A DNA stretch of 64,000 bases from the human T2T-CHM13v2.0 reference genome, Homo sapiens (GCF_009914755.1 NC_060943.1), one strand, 5' to 3'; counted from the first letter of the stretch, positions 1 to 27,478 are shown. Notes: a model not told the origin generated them from the sequence alone. Program-made: numbers and translations.

Positions 1-197
<197 letters not shown>

Positions 198-595
198 TCA
201 GCCTGTGTCTTACATTTTTAGGGGGCTAATTTAATTTAGAATGTCCAGCAGGGAAGTGTGTCTAGCTGTCCAGTGAGGGGAGCCTCAAGCTATCTTCCCA
301 CCTCAGCCTCCCAAACCACTGGGATTACAGGCATGAGTCACTGTACCTGGCCTGAAGGTCCCTTTTACAGATAAGAAAACTGAGGTTCAGGGCCGGCTTC
401 TGCCCCTGCCCAACCTGCTGGCTTCTTCCTCAGCCAGCCCTCTCCAACTACTGCCTATTTCTTTTTTTCTTTCTTTCTCTTTTTTTGAGACGGAGTCTCG
501 CTCTGTCAACAAGGCTGGAGTGCAATGGCATGATCTCGGCTTACTGCAACCTCTGCCTCCCAGGTTCAAGTGATTCTCCTGCCTCAGCCTCCTGA

Positions 596-883
<288 letters not shown>

Positions 884-966
884 TGATCCGCCCGCCTTGG
901 CCTCCCAAAGTGCTGGGATTACAGGCGTGAGCCACAGCGCCCGGCTCTTTTTTTTTTTTTTTTTGA

Positions 967-1960
<994 letters not shown>

Positions 1961-2390
1961 CCATCCTTGACTCCTGTCTGTGCCTGTCTGCGCCTCAGCA
2001 AGCCTCAGTCTCCATATCTGTCGAATGGGCATGCCATCCCCGAGATGGAAGGGACCTTTTGTGCACCAGAGCTGGTCCCTTCCTTGTGCCCCCACAGCCT
2101 CAGAATAAAGCCAAACACCTCACCTGTCCACCCTCAACTCCCTCCACCATCCCCCTTATTCACTGTACTCCAGCCACAGGCTTCCCAGTTGGTCTTTGCA
2201 CAGGGCAACAACATTACCGCCCCAGAGCCTTTGCATATGCTATCTGAGCCGCCTACTCTCAGTTCTTCCCTATGACTAACTGCTCCTTTAGGAGTCGACT
2301 AAATGCTACCATCCTGGCCAAAATAGCCTCCCCTCTCTGCAGTTTCAAATCCATGGAGGGAGTGGATTTTGGGCTAACTGGATACTACTA

Positions 2391-2902
<512 letters not shown>

Positions 2903-2913
2903 TTAGCCGGTCA

Positions 2914-3132
<219 letters not shown>

Positions 3133-3662
3133 TCAGAGCCCAGGAGCAACAATGGGAAGGACGTGTGTATTCATACATGTATGTGTGTGTGTAAGAGTAA
3201 AATAGGCCGGGTGCGGTGGCTCATGCCTGTAATCCCAGCACTTTGGGAGGCCGAGGCAGGCAGATCACTTGAGGTCAGGAGTTCGAGACCAGCCTGGCCA
3301 ACATGGTAAACCCTGTGTCTACTAAAAATACAAAAATTAGCCAGGCATGATGGTGCGTGCCTGTAATCCCAGGCACTCAGGAGGCTGAGGCATGAGAATC
3401 ACTTGAACCCAGGAGGCGGAGGTTTCAGTGAGCCGAGATCACGCCATTGCACTCCAGCCTGGGGGTCACAGCGAGACTCTGTCTAAAATACAAAAAACAA
3501 AAAAAGAGTAAAATAAAACCTTTGGCCAGGCACAGTGGCTCATGCCTGAAATCCCAAAGCCTTTGAAGGCTGAGGCAAGAGGATCACTTGAGGCCAGGAG
3601 TTCGAGATGAACCTGGGCAATATAGCAAGACTCTGTCTCTACAAAAAATAAAAAATTAACTA

Positions 3663-4104
<442 letters not shown>

Positions 4105-4296
4105 TCAAAAAACAAAAAACAACACCAAAACAACAAACAACAACAACAACAACAACAAAATAATAATAATAATAATAATGCATTGAACAATGATCATGAG
4201 TTTTAAAAAATGAAAAAAACCAAAACAAAACAATGAGCTGGGGCCAGGTGCTGTGGCTCATACCTATAATCCCAGCACTTTGGGAGGTTGTGGTCG

Positions 4297-6506
<2,210 letters not shown>

Positions 6507-6750
6507 GTGGGAGGGAACACTTGAAGCCAGGAGTTTGAGGCCGGCCTGGGCAACTTATTGAGACACCATTTCTATAAAACAAACAAACAATAAGCAGGGG
6601 CTAGGCATGGTGGCTCACGCCTGTAATCCCAGCACTTTGGGAGGCTGTGGCGGGCAGATCACCTGAGGTCAGGAGTTCGAGATCAGCCTGGCCAATATGG
6701 TGAAACCCTGTCTCTACTAAAAACACAAAAATTAGCCAGGCATGGTGTCA

Positions 6751-7648
<898 letters not shown>

Positions 7649-7851
7649 TCACAACGGGCAGTAGACAGTTGGGGATATTGCACCATCCCTGCAGGAAGGA
7701 AGCACCTTGGAGCTGACCCAGGCCGCCTCACTCTGCTTCCTTTTGAAACGCTCGTGACTTTTCAAATACTGCATTTTGCTGACAGGGCAAAGCATGCTCA
7801 GCTGGCCATGACGACAGGCTCTCTGGAGACTTGGAGAATGTTCCAGGTTGA

Positions 7852-8184
<333 letters not shown>

Positions 8185-8289
8185 TGATCCGCCTGCCGTG
8201 GCCTCCCAAAGTGTGAGCCACTGTGCCCAGTCCCAGGCTTTTTAATAAACTCTTCTGGAGTAACTGGGTATCTGTGTGGCACAAAATAA

Positions 8290-8742
<453 letters not shown>

Positions 8743-8894
8743 TGACTATTTTTTTGTATTTTTGGTAGAGACGGGGTTTTACCATGTTGGCCAGGCTAGT
8801 CTCTAACTCCTGACCTCAAGTGATCCACCCACCTTGGCCTCCCAAAGTGCTGGGGTTACAGGTGTGAACCACAGCGCCTGGCCCCCACCTCTTC

Positions 8895-8962
8895 ATATTG
8901 TCACATGGGTCTTAGGCTTCCACATATGAATTCCAGGAGGACACATACATTTGGGCCATAGG
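8895..8962 (-). mobile_element. MaLR (MLT1/MST) LTR fragment
   Basis: tcacatgggtcttaggcttccacatatgaattccaggaggacacatacatt resembles a MaLR LTR terminus. Confidence 0.55.
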
Positions 8963-9060
8963 AGAGACAACACATCAGACTCTCAGGAAGGACTGAAGGG
9001 GTGGGAGTGGGATTCTGTATTCGATGGGACTCTGCAAATTTGAATTGTTCACATAGTATA

Positions 9061-9878
<818 letters not shown>

Positions 9879-11017
9879 TATTATTTTGGTATTCAAAATA
9901 AAAGAGGCTGGGCATGGTGGCTCATGCCTGTAATCCCAGCACTTCGGGAGGCCAAGGCAGGAGCAATCGATCCCTTGAGCCCAGGAGTTCGAGACCAGCC
10001 TGGGTAACATAGTGACAGCCCGCCTTTACAAAAACTTTGAAAAGTAGCCGGGTGTGGTAGCTCGTGCCTGTAGTATCAGCTACTCTGGAGGCTGAGGTAG
10101 AATTGTCTTGGGCCCAGGAGGCTGCAGTGAGTTATGATCACGCCACTGCACTCCAGCCTGGGGGACAGCATGAGAGCCTGTCTCAAAAAATTAAAACAAA
10201 ATAGCACACAGAAAAAAGTTTTTGAAATTAGCCTCAATAACTTGACAGTTTCATCCATGTCAGGGATCAAGCCTGAACTCTGGATGAATCACATATCTAT
10301 TTTTTTTTCTTTTTTTGGGGGAGACAGAGTGAGACTGTCTCCCAGGCTGGAGTGCAGTGGCACGATCTCGGCTTGCTGCAACTTGTCTCTTGGCTTCACG
10401 CAATTCTCATGCCTCAGCCTCCCAAGTAGCTGGGATTACAGGCATGCGCCACCACGCCTGGCTAATTTTTGTATTTTTAGTAGAAACGGGGTTTCACCAT
10501 GTCAGCCAAGGCTGGTCTTGAGCTCCTGACCTCAGATGATCTGCCTGCCTTAGCCTCCCAAAGTGCTGGGATTACAGGCGTGAGCCACCGCCCCGGCCTT
10601 GAACTTTAATTTGTCTCCTGTTCTGACCTGCCTCAGGTGGAGCTCTGCTGGGTGGGTGGGGCTGATAGCCTTTCCCGTCCTACATGAGTTGTAGATATGT
10701 GTGTGTGTGTGTATATATATGTGTGTGTTTATGTGAGTGTGTATGTGTGTGAGAGAGATGAATTCTTTTTTTCTTTTTACTTTTTTCTGTTTTTTTTTTC
10801 TAGGCGGAGTTTTGCTCTGTTGCCCAGTCTCAAGTGCAATGGAGCGATCTTGGATCATTGCAACCTCTGCCTCCCGGATTCAAGTGATTCTCCCACCTCA
10901 GCCTCCTGAGTAGCTGGGATTACAGGTGCCTGCCACCATGCCTGGTTAATTTTTGTATTTTTAGTAGAGATGGGGTTTCACCATATTGGCCAGGCTGGTC
11001 TCGAACTGCTGACCTCA

Positions 11018-11519
<502 letters not shown>

Positions 11520-11754
11520 TCAAGCGATACTCTCCCCTTAGCCTCCCGAGTACCTGAGATTACGGGGCGTTTGCCACCACACCGGGCTAATTTTTTATAC
11601 TTTTAATAGAGACAGGATTTCACCATGTTGGCCAGAGTGGTCTTGAACTCCTGACCTCAAGTGATCCACCTGCCTCGGCCTCCTAAAGTGCTGGAATTAC
11701 AGGTGTGAGCCACCATGCCTGGCCGTTTATTATTATTTATTATTATTTTTTTGA

Positions 11755-12144
<390 letters not shown>

Positions 12145-12687
12145 TGAAAATGCAGGCAAAGAAATGCTGGAAAGCGGTCATGAACATGCCAACGGAGATT
12201 ATCTCTGCGAGCTGAGCGATTAAGGGAGGGGTTGCAGGGTTTTTATTTGTTTTCTTTTCTGCTTCTTTGTTTCTCCATCAGGAAATTGACCAACATTTTT
12301 TTAATTAGGGGAAATGACAGTTACCCCGTGTGCACTTTTTGGCAGGACCTGGCCTTCAGCGTGGGTCTTGGGGCCCCCTGGCCAGTCTGAGCTCCTGTGG
12401 GGCAGTTTTTCTGGTCATCTGCAGAGGCCCCGGGTGCAGGCAGGGGAGCCCCAGCTCCTACGCGCTGCATTTCCTCAGAGGCTCCAGCACCACGAATTTT
12501 TTTTTTTTTTTTTTTTTTTAGACAGGAAATTTCTCTGTCACCCAGGCTGGAGTGCAATGACACAATCATAGCTCACTACAGCCTCGACTCCCAGGGCTCA
12601 AGTGATCCTCAGCTACCTCAGCCTCCTGAGTAGCTGGGGCCACAAGCATGTACCAACACCCATGGCTAAATTTTGTATTTTGTGTAG

Positions 12688-12834
<147 letters not shown>

Positions 12835-13314
12835 TAGAGTTTAGACTGTCCTCCCACCAGCACTGGGGTGAGGTAATGCAGGAAAGGGCTGGTCCCACTG
12901 GCCCAGAAGCAGATAAGAGCACCCTCCATCTACAGCCAAAAGTTAAAATCCAAAATCCAGAACCTTCCTGAGCCACCCTTTCTGTCTTTGGTGCTGGCAC
13001 GGCACTGGCATGCAGTGGGTGCCATATTATTGCTCTCCAGCGGCATGGCAGGTCTTACCACTGTGGCATCAGGACCCCGGGTTTCTCTAGCTCGGGTGAT
13101 GTGGATCACTTGAGAGGCCGAGGATCGCTTGAGCCCAGAAGGCTGAGCCTGCAGTGAGCCCTGATGGCACCATTACACTCTAGCCTGGGCAACAAATTGA
13201 GAATCTGTCGCAAAATAAAAGAAAAAAAGAGAGAGAGAGAGAGAGAGTTTCTCTTATTTGCAGTCTTGAGTAAGGCGTCCTGCAGGAATTTTTGTTTGTT
13301 TGTTTCTGTTTTGA

Positions 13315-13996
<682 letters not shown>

Positions 13997-14621
13997 TGAT
14001 CTGCCTGCCTTGGCCTCCCAAAGTGCTGGGATTACAGGTGTGAGCCACCATGTCCGGCCTAATTTTTGTATTTTTAGTAGAGATGGGGTTTTACCATGTT
14101 GGCCAGGCTGGTTTTGAACTCCTGACCTCAGGTGATCCACTTGTCTTGGCCTCCCAGCCTGCTGGGATTACAGGCGTGAGCCACTGCGCCCAGCCAATTT
14201 TTGTATTTTTAGTAGAGATGGGGGTTTCACCATGTTGGCCAGGTTGGTCTCAAACTCCTGACCACAAGTGATCCGCCCACTTCAGCCTTCTAAAGTGCTT
14301 GGATTATAGGTGTGAGCCACCACACCTGACCTGGAGAATATATCTTTTTCTTTTTTTTTTTTTTTTAGATAGAGTCTTGCTCTGTCACCCAGGCTGGAGT
14401 GCTATGGCACAATCTTGGCTCACTGCAACCTCTGACTCCCTGGTTCAAGTGATTCTCCTGCCTCAGCCTCCCGAGTACCTGGGATTACAGGCATGTGCCA
14501 CCACAGCACAGCTAATTTTTGTATTTTTAGTAGAGACAGGGTTTCACCATGTTGGCCAGGATGGTCTCGATCTGCTCACCTCGTGATCCGCCCACCTCGG
14601 CCTCCCAAAGTGCTGGGATTA

Positions 14622-15176
<555 letters not shown>

Positions 15177-15245
15177 TCATTCCGCTGGGTGCGGTGGCTC
15201 ACACCTGTAATCCCAGCATTTTGGGAGGCCGAGGCGGGCAGATCA

Positions 15246-15790
<545 letters not shown>

Positions 15791-16213
15791 TCAAGAGGAA
15801 ATAAATTATCCGTGACAGGGCTCAATGGTTCTCCTTCATTCATGTGAGGTTTTTAATGCTTTTTCATATGCCTTGGGGGAGAGTTGTCAAATCTTAACAA
15901 ATCAGAGAAGAATTATAACTCGTAGAAGAATGTCAAAGGCATTTGGAGGGTGGAAGCTGCAGAAATTGAGCCCCATCTGCAAATGGGATGGACAGATGAA
16001 AGATGTACATTCTCAAGTCTGCGTAGGAACGTATATTAAGCCGAGCATGGTGGCTCACGCATGTAATCCCAGCACTTTGGGAGGCCAAGGCGGGTGGATC
16101 ACCTGAGGTCAGAAGTTTGAGACCAGCCTGGCCAAAATGGCGAAACCCGTCTCTACTAAATACACAAAAATCAGCCGGGCATGGTGGCACGTGCCTGTGG
16201 TCCCAGCTACTCA

Positions 16214-16381
<168 letters not shown>

Positions 16382-16519
16382 TTAAAAAACATTTTTTTTT
16401 TGGTGGAGATTGGTGTCTTACTATGTTGCCCAGGCTGATCTTGAACTCCTGGACTCAAGTAATCCTCCCACCTCAGCCTCCCAAAGTGCTGGGATTACAG
16501 GCTGAGCCACTGCACCCGG

Positions 16520-17453
<934 letters not shown>

Positions 17454-18624
17454 AGGCACCCAGAGGCCCGGTGATGGGAAGGAGGCGGGGTTACTTTCCA
17501 ATACATACTCAGGGAATTTCTTTTTTTTCTTTTTTTGAGATGGAGTTTCGCTCTGTCGCCCAAGCTGGAGTGCAGTGTATGGTCTTGGCTCACTGCAAGC
17601 TCTGTCTCCTGGGCTCAAGCGATTCTCCTGCCTCAGCCTCTGGAGTAGCTGGGATTACAGGTGCCCGCCACCATGCCTGGCTAATTTTCGTATTTTTAGT
17701 GGAGACAGGGTTTTACCATATTGGCGAAGCTGGTCTTGAACTCCTGGTCTCAAGTGATCTGCCTGCCTCAGCCTCCCAAAGTGCTGGGATTACAGGCGTG
17801 AGTTACCGCGCCCGGCCACTCAGGGAATTTCTGAGATAGTGACAGCTTCCGGTGGCAGGACCTCAGCTGATTGCCTTGGCCTTTGTCCGCTGAACCCAGG
17901 CCAGCTTCCTAGCCTCGGGCGCCACCCAAGACACCTGCAGACCAAGGACACACATTAGAGGCCTTGGGTTTCACGGTCCTGGGCAGGGCCAGGCCTGAGG
18001 TGCTGACCAAGCCTGCTACCCTCAACCAAAATAAACCTAGGGCAGGATGCTGCTTGATCAGCCATCCATAGAACACCACAGCCCGAGCCGGGTCACAGAT
18101 CTGCTTTGGCTGGCCTGCGGACAGGGAGGTCCTCAGCCGCAAAAGGCCTGAGAGGTGGACACATTGGATTTGAAGACCAAAAATGGCCCCCTTCTGGTTG
18201 GGTGCAGTGGCTCACACCTGTAATCCCAGCACTTTGGGAGGCTGAAGTGGGCGGATCACTTGAGGTTGGGAATTTGAGACCAGCCTGGCCAACATGGTGA
18301 AACCTCGTTCTCTACTAAAAATACAAAAATTAGCCGGGCTTGGTGGCATGTGCCTTGTAGTCCCAGTTACTCGGAAGGCTGAGGCAGAAGAGTCACTTGA
18401 GGCTGCAGTTGCAGTGAGCCGAGATCGCACCACTGCACTTCAGTCTGGGTGACAGAGCAAGACTTTGTCTCAAAAAAAAAAAAAAAAAAGGCCCCCTTCG
18501 GAGATGTGGGAGTTGGGGGTGGGGGCAGATTTCAAAGCCTGGGGGATTCGATCTGTCATCTGTGCAACCCAGCTGACTATGTGGCTAAAGTTTAACAAGT
18601 TTCACAATAACCATTAGACATTGA

Positions 18625-19045
18625 CTGACACTGCCAGGGAAGTGCTCCAGAGATGGGGAAACCCACGTCCACACAAACACCTGTCCACGCGTGTCCACAG
18701 CAGCTCTAGTCATGGTTGGCAGAAAGTGGAAACCTCCCCATGCCCATCAGCTGGTGCATGGATAACAGAGTGTGTTCCATCCACACAGGGGGATATGATA
18801 CAGCCATGGAAAAGAAGGAAGCACTGATCCATGCTACAGCGTGAATGAACCCCCAAAACACGATGCTGAGTGAGAGAAGCCAGACACAAAAGGCCACACA
18901 GTGTGAGATTCCATTGATCTGAAATGCCCAGAACAGGCAAATCCATAGACAGGAAGCAGATTGGTGGTTGCCAGGGACTGGTGGAGGGGAATGGGGAGTG
19001 ACTGCTGATGGAGACAGGTTTCTTTTTGAGGTGATAACAATGAGC
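18625..19045 (+). mobile_element. L1MB-type LINE-1 3' end fragment
   Basis: gcactgatccatgctacagcgtgaatgaacc...gaagccagacacaaaaggccaca...caaatccatagacagg...gtggttgccagggactgg. Confidence 0.8.
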
Positions 19046-19143
19046 CTGGGTGGCTGGGAGTGGTGGCTCACGCCTGTAATCCCTGCACTTTGGGAGGCTG
19101 AAGGGGACAGATCACTTGAAGTCAGGAGTTCAAGACCAGCCTA

Positions 19144-19386
<243 letters not shown>

Positions 19387-20278
19387 TCAAGCGACAGAAT
19401 GGGCCTTCGTCTCAAAAAAAAAAGAGCCTGAGCAACATAACAAGACCCCGTCTCTGCAAAAATATAAATAAAATTAGCCAGGCGTGCTGGATACACCTGC
19501 GGTCCTAGCTATTCAGGAGGCTGAGGTGGGATCGTTTGAGCCCAGGAGGTCGAGGCTGCAATGAACTATCATTGCACCAATGCATTCCAGCCTGAGCGAT
19601 AGAGTGAGATCCCACCTAAACCGCATTTATTGAGTATCCACTGTGTGCCAGGCACTGAGCTGGGTGCTAGAACAGAGCCCAGAGTGGGAGAAACAGCTAT
19701 AAACAGACGATCATAGTGCCAGGGGAATGCTTCTTTTTTTTCTTTTTCTTTTTTTTTTTTTCTGTTTTTTTTGAGATGGAGTCTTGCTCTGTCACCCAGG
19801 CTGGAGTGCAGTGGCATGACCTCGGCTCCCCGCAACCTCCACCTCTCAAGTTCAAGTGATTCTCCTGCCTCAGCATCCTGAGTAGCTGGGATGACAGGCG
19901 CGCGCCACCACGCCTGGCAAATTTTTTTTTTTTTTTTTTTTTGAGACGGAGTCTCACTGTATCGCCCAGGCCGGAGTGCAGTGGTGTGATCTTGGCTCAC
20001 TGCAAGCTCTGCCTCCCAGGTTCATGCCATTCTCCTGCCTCAACCTCCTGCGTAGCTGGGACTACAGGCACCTGCCACCGTGCCCGGCTAATTTTTTGTA
20101 TTTTTAGTAGAGATGGGGTTTCACCATGTTAGCCAGGATGGTCTTGATCTCCTGACCTCGTGATCTGCCCACCTCGGCCTCCCAAAGTGCTGGGATTACA
20201 GAAGTGAGACACCGCGCCTGGCCATTTCTGTATTTTTAGTAGAGACAGGGTTTCACCATGTTGGTCAGGCTGGTCTCA

Positions 20279-20599
<321 letters not shown>

Positions 20600-20817
20600 T
20601 TATATGTGGACACTTCACAGGCCAGCCTGCACCAGGCCTGGCTCATGCCGGCCAGTTCCTTCCTGAAGCTATTCATGTCTGCTGCAAAGATGGGATTAAA
20701 AACAGCATGTTGGCCTCTTCATTCATTAGGAGAGTGGAGAAATGGGAAAATTTGGGCTGCCCAAACTCCTCATGATCTATGAGGATAAACAGAAAGTTCA
20801 ACGCCAGCCCTGACTGA

Positions 20818-20970
<153 letters not shown>

Positions 20971-21243
20971 TGAGTAGCTGGGATTACAGGCTTGTGCCAC
21001 CACTCCTGGATAATTTTTGTATTTTAGAGATAGGGTTTCGCCACGTTGGCCAGGCTGGTCTCGAACTCCTGACCTCAAGCAATCCGCCCGCCTCGGCCTC
21101 TCAAAGTGCTAGGATTACGGGCGTGACCCACCACGCCCAGCCTCCTTGCTCTCTGAATCTGGATCTCACTTTCTGTAAATCCAATGTGACCTTTGGCTGT
21201 TTACTGAGTACAAGACGCTCCTGATGACCCATTTTACAGATGA

Positions 21244-21626
<383 letters not shown>

Positions 21627-22153
21627 TAAAGACAGGGTCTTCCTATGTTGTCCAGGCTGAAGTGCAGTGGCACAATCATGGCTCGCTGCAGCTTTGAGCT
21701 CCTGGGCTTTAGTGATCCTCTCACCTCAGCTTCTCAAGTAGCTGGAACTACAAGGAATGGGCTACCACACCTGGCTAGATTTTTAAATTTTTTATAGAGA
21801 CTGGGTCTCCCTATGTTGCCCAGGCTGTTCTCCAACTCCTGGGCTGAAGTGATCCTCCCACTTTGGCCTCCCAAAATGCTGGGATTACAGGTGTGAGCCA
21901 CTGCACCTGATTGATGGTGAGTTTGAAGTGGAAGGTGTTTGAAGGGGTGAAAGTGTCCATCAGAAAGCAGCTGGCCAGGCGTGGTGGCTCATGCCTGTAA
22001 TCTCAATCCCAGCACTTTGAGAGGCTGAGGTGGGCGGATCACCTGAGGTCGGGAGTTCAAGACCAGACTGATCAACATGGAGAAACCCCATCTCTACTAA
22101 AAACACAAAATTAGCTGGGCATGGTGGCGCATGTCTGTAATCCCAGCTACTCA

Positions 22154-22258
<105 letters not shown>

Positions 22259-22429
22259 TCAAAAGAAAAGAAAGCAGCTGAGACCAATATAGCTAAGGAG
22301 TGAAGAGCTGGGTTCCGATTCTGATTCTGCCCACTTGCAGGGGCTCTTCCTAGTCCTTCTGTGAACAGCATCTTGTTGTGCTTGGGGTCTTTCCCCCTTC
22401 TTAGCCAATGAAGCCCTAGCTATCAGTGT

Positions 22430-22750
22430 ATTGTAGCCCTCTGGCCACTGTGATTGGTTCAGAGACAGGCATATGCCCCGGGCTGGGGCAATAATAGACA
22501 ATCTTGGTGTCTGTGCCACCCCTATCAGACAACAGAGCTCTTGTGATGTTGCTTAAATGGGTAAGGCTAGGCTCCGAGTTGCTGGCCACCATCTTGCCTG
22601 CCTGTAAACAAAGGACAGCAAAGCCAAGAAATAGAGAGAGAGGCTGGTGGTTTTGGTTGAGTGCCTTGATCCAGCTGATCCTGAAGGTGTCCTTTCCAAT
22701 TCCATCCACCAATTAATTCCCTTTTTGGCTTTATGCAGCCCAAAGAGTTC
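22430..22750 (+). mobile_element. Ancient ERVL/MaLR LTR fragment (LTR16/LTR33/MLT1-like)
   Basis: ctggccactgtgattggttcag..., ggccaccatcttg..., cttgatccagctgatcctgaag motifs. Confidence 0.5.
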
Positions 22751-23756
22751 CCATGTATTCAGCCCTTAGTGCTGCAGAGACAGCACTATAAACATGTCAG
22801 TTACTTCATTCATTAGGAGAGCAGAGAAATTGGAAAATTGAGGCTGCCCTCATTGCTGTCTATGAGGATAAACAGAAAGTCAAAGACCAGGCAGGCTGTA
22901 GTGGCTCCTGCCTGTAATCTTAGCACTTTAGGAGGCTGAAATAAGCGGATCACTCAAGCCCAACAGTTTGTGACCAGCCTGGGCAACATAGTGGACCCTG
23001 TCTCTACAAAAAGAAAAAAAAAAAAAAAATTAGCCAGGCATGGTGGTGCATGCCTGTAGTCCCAGCTACTTGGGAGGCTGAAATGGGAGGATCACCTGAG
23101 CTCAGGGAGGTTGAGGCTGCAGTGCCACCGCACTCCAGCCTGGGTGACAGAATGAGACTCTGTCTCAAAAAAAAAAAAACAAAAAAAAAAAACAGCTAAA
23201 GACCAGCCCTAAGAACTGAACTTTCTGGAAATGGCTTGGACGTCCCACCTGCCTGCCCCAGAGAGTTGTTAACCAACGTCTCTGGGCCTCAGTTTCCTCG
23301 TCTGTAAAGGGAGCTGTGGTTGCCTAAGGTGAAAGGAGCACAGGTGCCAAGCGTTCTTTGCCATGCCTGGCGCTATAAGATATCCAGTGCTATCTAGGGA
23401 TGCCCCCCGGGTGCCCACCCTGGACTCCTGCTTACTTGGACTTGGATAAAAGAAGGTTTTCTGGCCAGGTGCAGTGGTTCATGCCTGTAATCCCAACACT
23501 TTGGGAGGCAGAGGCGGATGGATCATCTGAGGTCAGGAGTTCAAGACCAGCCTGAGCAACATGGTGAAACCCCATCTCTACTAAAAATACAAAAATTAGC
23601 CAGGTATGGTGGTGCCTGCCTGTAGTCCTAGCTACTTGGGAGGCTGAGGCAAAATAATTGCTTGAAACTGGGAGGTGGGGGTTACAGGGGGTTGCAGTGA
23701 GCCCAGATTGAGCTGCTGTACTCCACCAGCCTGGGCAACAGAGTGAGACTCTGTCT

Positions 23757-23793
<37 letters not shown>

Positions 23794-24560
23794 AGAAGAA
23801 GAAGAAGAAGGTTTTCTGCGTTCTGAGGGACTTAGTTGCTCCCAGACATCTCTGCCTCTTGCAACAACCTGCCAAGAACGTGGAGAGCCAGAAAGGAGAG
23901 GGTGAACATCTCTGGACTGAAACAGGGAAACTGTCAAAGGCTCTAGAGTAGGCAGGTGGGACGTCCAAGCCAGAAAGGACAGGTTTGCTCTGGGTTCCTT
24001 GCAAGTGACCTCCATGGGGTTCGGGGCTGAGACGGAGCCTACAACGTTGTCTAAGGCCACATTTCAGACAACTGCCAGAGAATGGTTGTTTTACCAAATA
24101 GCTGGCCAGCACACGGGGTCTATGTCTCTGTGTCTTTTGGCTAGGTTATTCACACCCCACCCTCGTCAGCTGTCAGGGTTACCCTGGGGAATGTCAATTC
24201 CAGGCACTTCTGGTTCCAGTGGGCATTCAGGCAAAGGGTGCTCCAGCAGCCCAGGGTAGCCCTGATACCCTGCACAGGTGCCTGCCATTAAATGGGGCTG
24301 GAACCGAGGGGTATAGATGGAACAGTTCAGAATTGCTTTCATTCCTGCCCTGCCCTTCCAGACTGCTCTTTTAAAAGGTGTAAATCAGGCCAGGCATGGT
24401 GATACATGCCTGTAGTCCCAGCTACTCAGGAGGCTAAGGCTGGAGGATCATTTCAGCCCAGGAGGTCAAGGCTGCAGAGAGCTATGATCATGCCACTGTA
24501 CTCCAGCCTGGGCTACAGAGTGAGATGCCGTCTTAAAAATAATAATGATAATGATGATAA

Positions 24561-24875
<315 letters not shown>

Positions 24876-25541
24876 TAAAAAATACAAAAATTAGCTGGGC
24901 ATGGTGGCGCGTGCCCATAGTCCCGGCTACTCAGGAGGCTGAGGTGGGAGGATTGCATGAATCTTGGAGGTGGAGGTTGCAGTAAGCCGAGATGGCACCA
25001 CTACACTCCAGCCTGGGCGACAGAGTAAGACCCTGTCTCAAAACGAAAACCAACAAATAAAAATGTGTGGTGAATGAATGAATGAATGAATGAGTGAACA
25101 GACAAGATGTAAAAAGCCGATCAGAGCCTCTGCCAAGGAGATGTCAGAGGGTTTTTCACAGCAGCCTTTGAACAATGGCCCTGGGAGGAAGCCAGGCTTA
25201 TTTCCCCATTTGACACAGGAAGAAACTGTCTTGGTTCAAATCTGATCCTTTTTTCTCCTAAGACCACAGCTGCCTCCGAAACAAAGGCCGACAATTGCTG
25301 CCAGCAAGTGCTTTGCTGTTTTTACTTCCTCTAAACATTCTTCAGTGGATTTTCCTTTCAAACTGGTTGTAAGGAGGCACATGGCTGGGTGTTGGTGGGG
25401 GGTGGCACCCCTGCCCGGACCCCACACGCTTCCCTACCACGTGGCCGGTTTGGAGTAGACCCATCTTTGTGCTGAAACACAGCCCAACATTGCCATATAC
25501 GGGGGGCTTGTCTACATTTTACAAGATTTTTACAAAAATGA

Positions 25542-25817
<276 letters not shown>

Positions 25818-26852
25818 TAAAGTGCTGGGATTGCAGGTGTGAGCCACCACGCCCAGCTTGGAACATCTTTATTTTAAGATGAGCATGCTGGGGCCTCAGG
25901 GAGTGAAGTGAATTTTCCAAAGTCACTCGTTGTGACCAGGACACTGGAGTCAAGGCCCTTTCATCATGTCATGGGGTCTAGGTAAGGACTCAGGAAACTT
26001 CATTTATTTATTTATAGATAGAGTTTTGCTTTTGTAGCCCAGGCTGGAGTACAGTGGTGCGATCTCGGCTCACTGCAACCCCCGCCTCCTGGATTCACGC
26101 GATTCTCCTGCTTCGGCCTCCGGAATAGCTGGGATTACAGGCATGCACCACCACACCCAGCTAATTTTTGCATTTTTAGTAGAGACGAGGTTTCACCATG
26201 TTGGCCAGGCTGGTCTCGAACTCCTGACCTCAGGTGATCTGCCTGCCTCGGCCTCCCAAAGTGCTGGGATTACAGGCGTGAGCCACCACGCCTGGCCTTT
26301 GTTTTAAGGAGGAGGAGTCAGCCAATGGGATGCCTCAAGGACTGGGTCCACTGACACAGAACAATGGAAACAGATCAGCGATGTCTGAGTTCACAGCATG
26401 CGGGTGCTGCTCCTAAGAACCCTTCTGTAGATGCTACTGTTCTCCCCATTTGCAAATGAGGAAGCTGACACTCAGAGATGTGGATCACCCGCCCCAGGTT
26501 ACACAGCACAGAGAGGACATGTTAGGACTGAGGATTCAAATTCTTAAGGTTTGCTTTCCTCCTGGCAAAAGCAAGTCATGAAGGCGTGGAAGCTGAAATC
26601 TCGAGGCTAACGCTCCCCTTTTCACACCTGGCCACAAGCTGCAAGAACTGGGAGTTGGTGCTCCCATGAGTCCAACCTGAGGATTCGCTGGAGAAAAATT
26701 CAGCCAAGAAAAGCTCAGCTCGTGAGGTCCCCCTCCTGGGCTGTGAAGGAAGCGGATAGTGCCAGTCATTACAGAGCCGCAATTCCTGAGTGTTAAAGTT
26801 CTCAGGGCCATGAGTATGGACTTCGTGGGAAATAGAAGCACCGTGTAGACCT

Positions 26853-26975
26853 ATGCATGTGTGTATGTCTGTGTGCATACGTGTGCATGTCTCTGTGTAT
26901 GTATGTGCATGTGTGCACGCATTCGCACATGGCGTTGCACAGGGTGTGTCCATGTGTACGCAAGTGTGTGTATAT
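26853..26975. repeat. Degenerate (TG/CA)n purine-pyrimidine microsatellite
   Basis: atgcatgtgtgtatgtctgtgtgcatacgtgtgcatg...; similar tracts at 10697-10752, 38379-38468 and 45645-45700. Confidence 0.85.
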
Positions 26976-27182
26976 AGGGAGCTTCTAAATCAGATGAAAC
27001 CAACTGGAAATCCGGATACTGATGTTTAGAATTCAAGCTCTGGAGTCAGACTGCCCCAGGCCTCAGTTTTTCCATTGGGAAATGGGCTGATCCTCCCCGG
27101 ATGAGAGCACTGGAGTCCAGAGAGGCCAATGACGATCAGATTTATCTCAGTATATGGTCTGTGCTGTGGGCCTTGAGGCTGA

Positions 27183-27422
<240 letters not shown>

Positions 27423-27478
27423 TAGGCTGCAGCCCCAGCATTCATTAATCATCCCCGGCTCCTACCTCTGCCCAGCCC

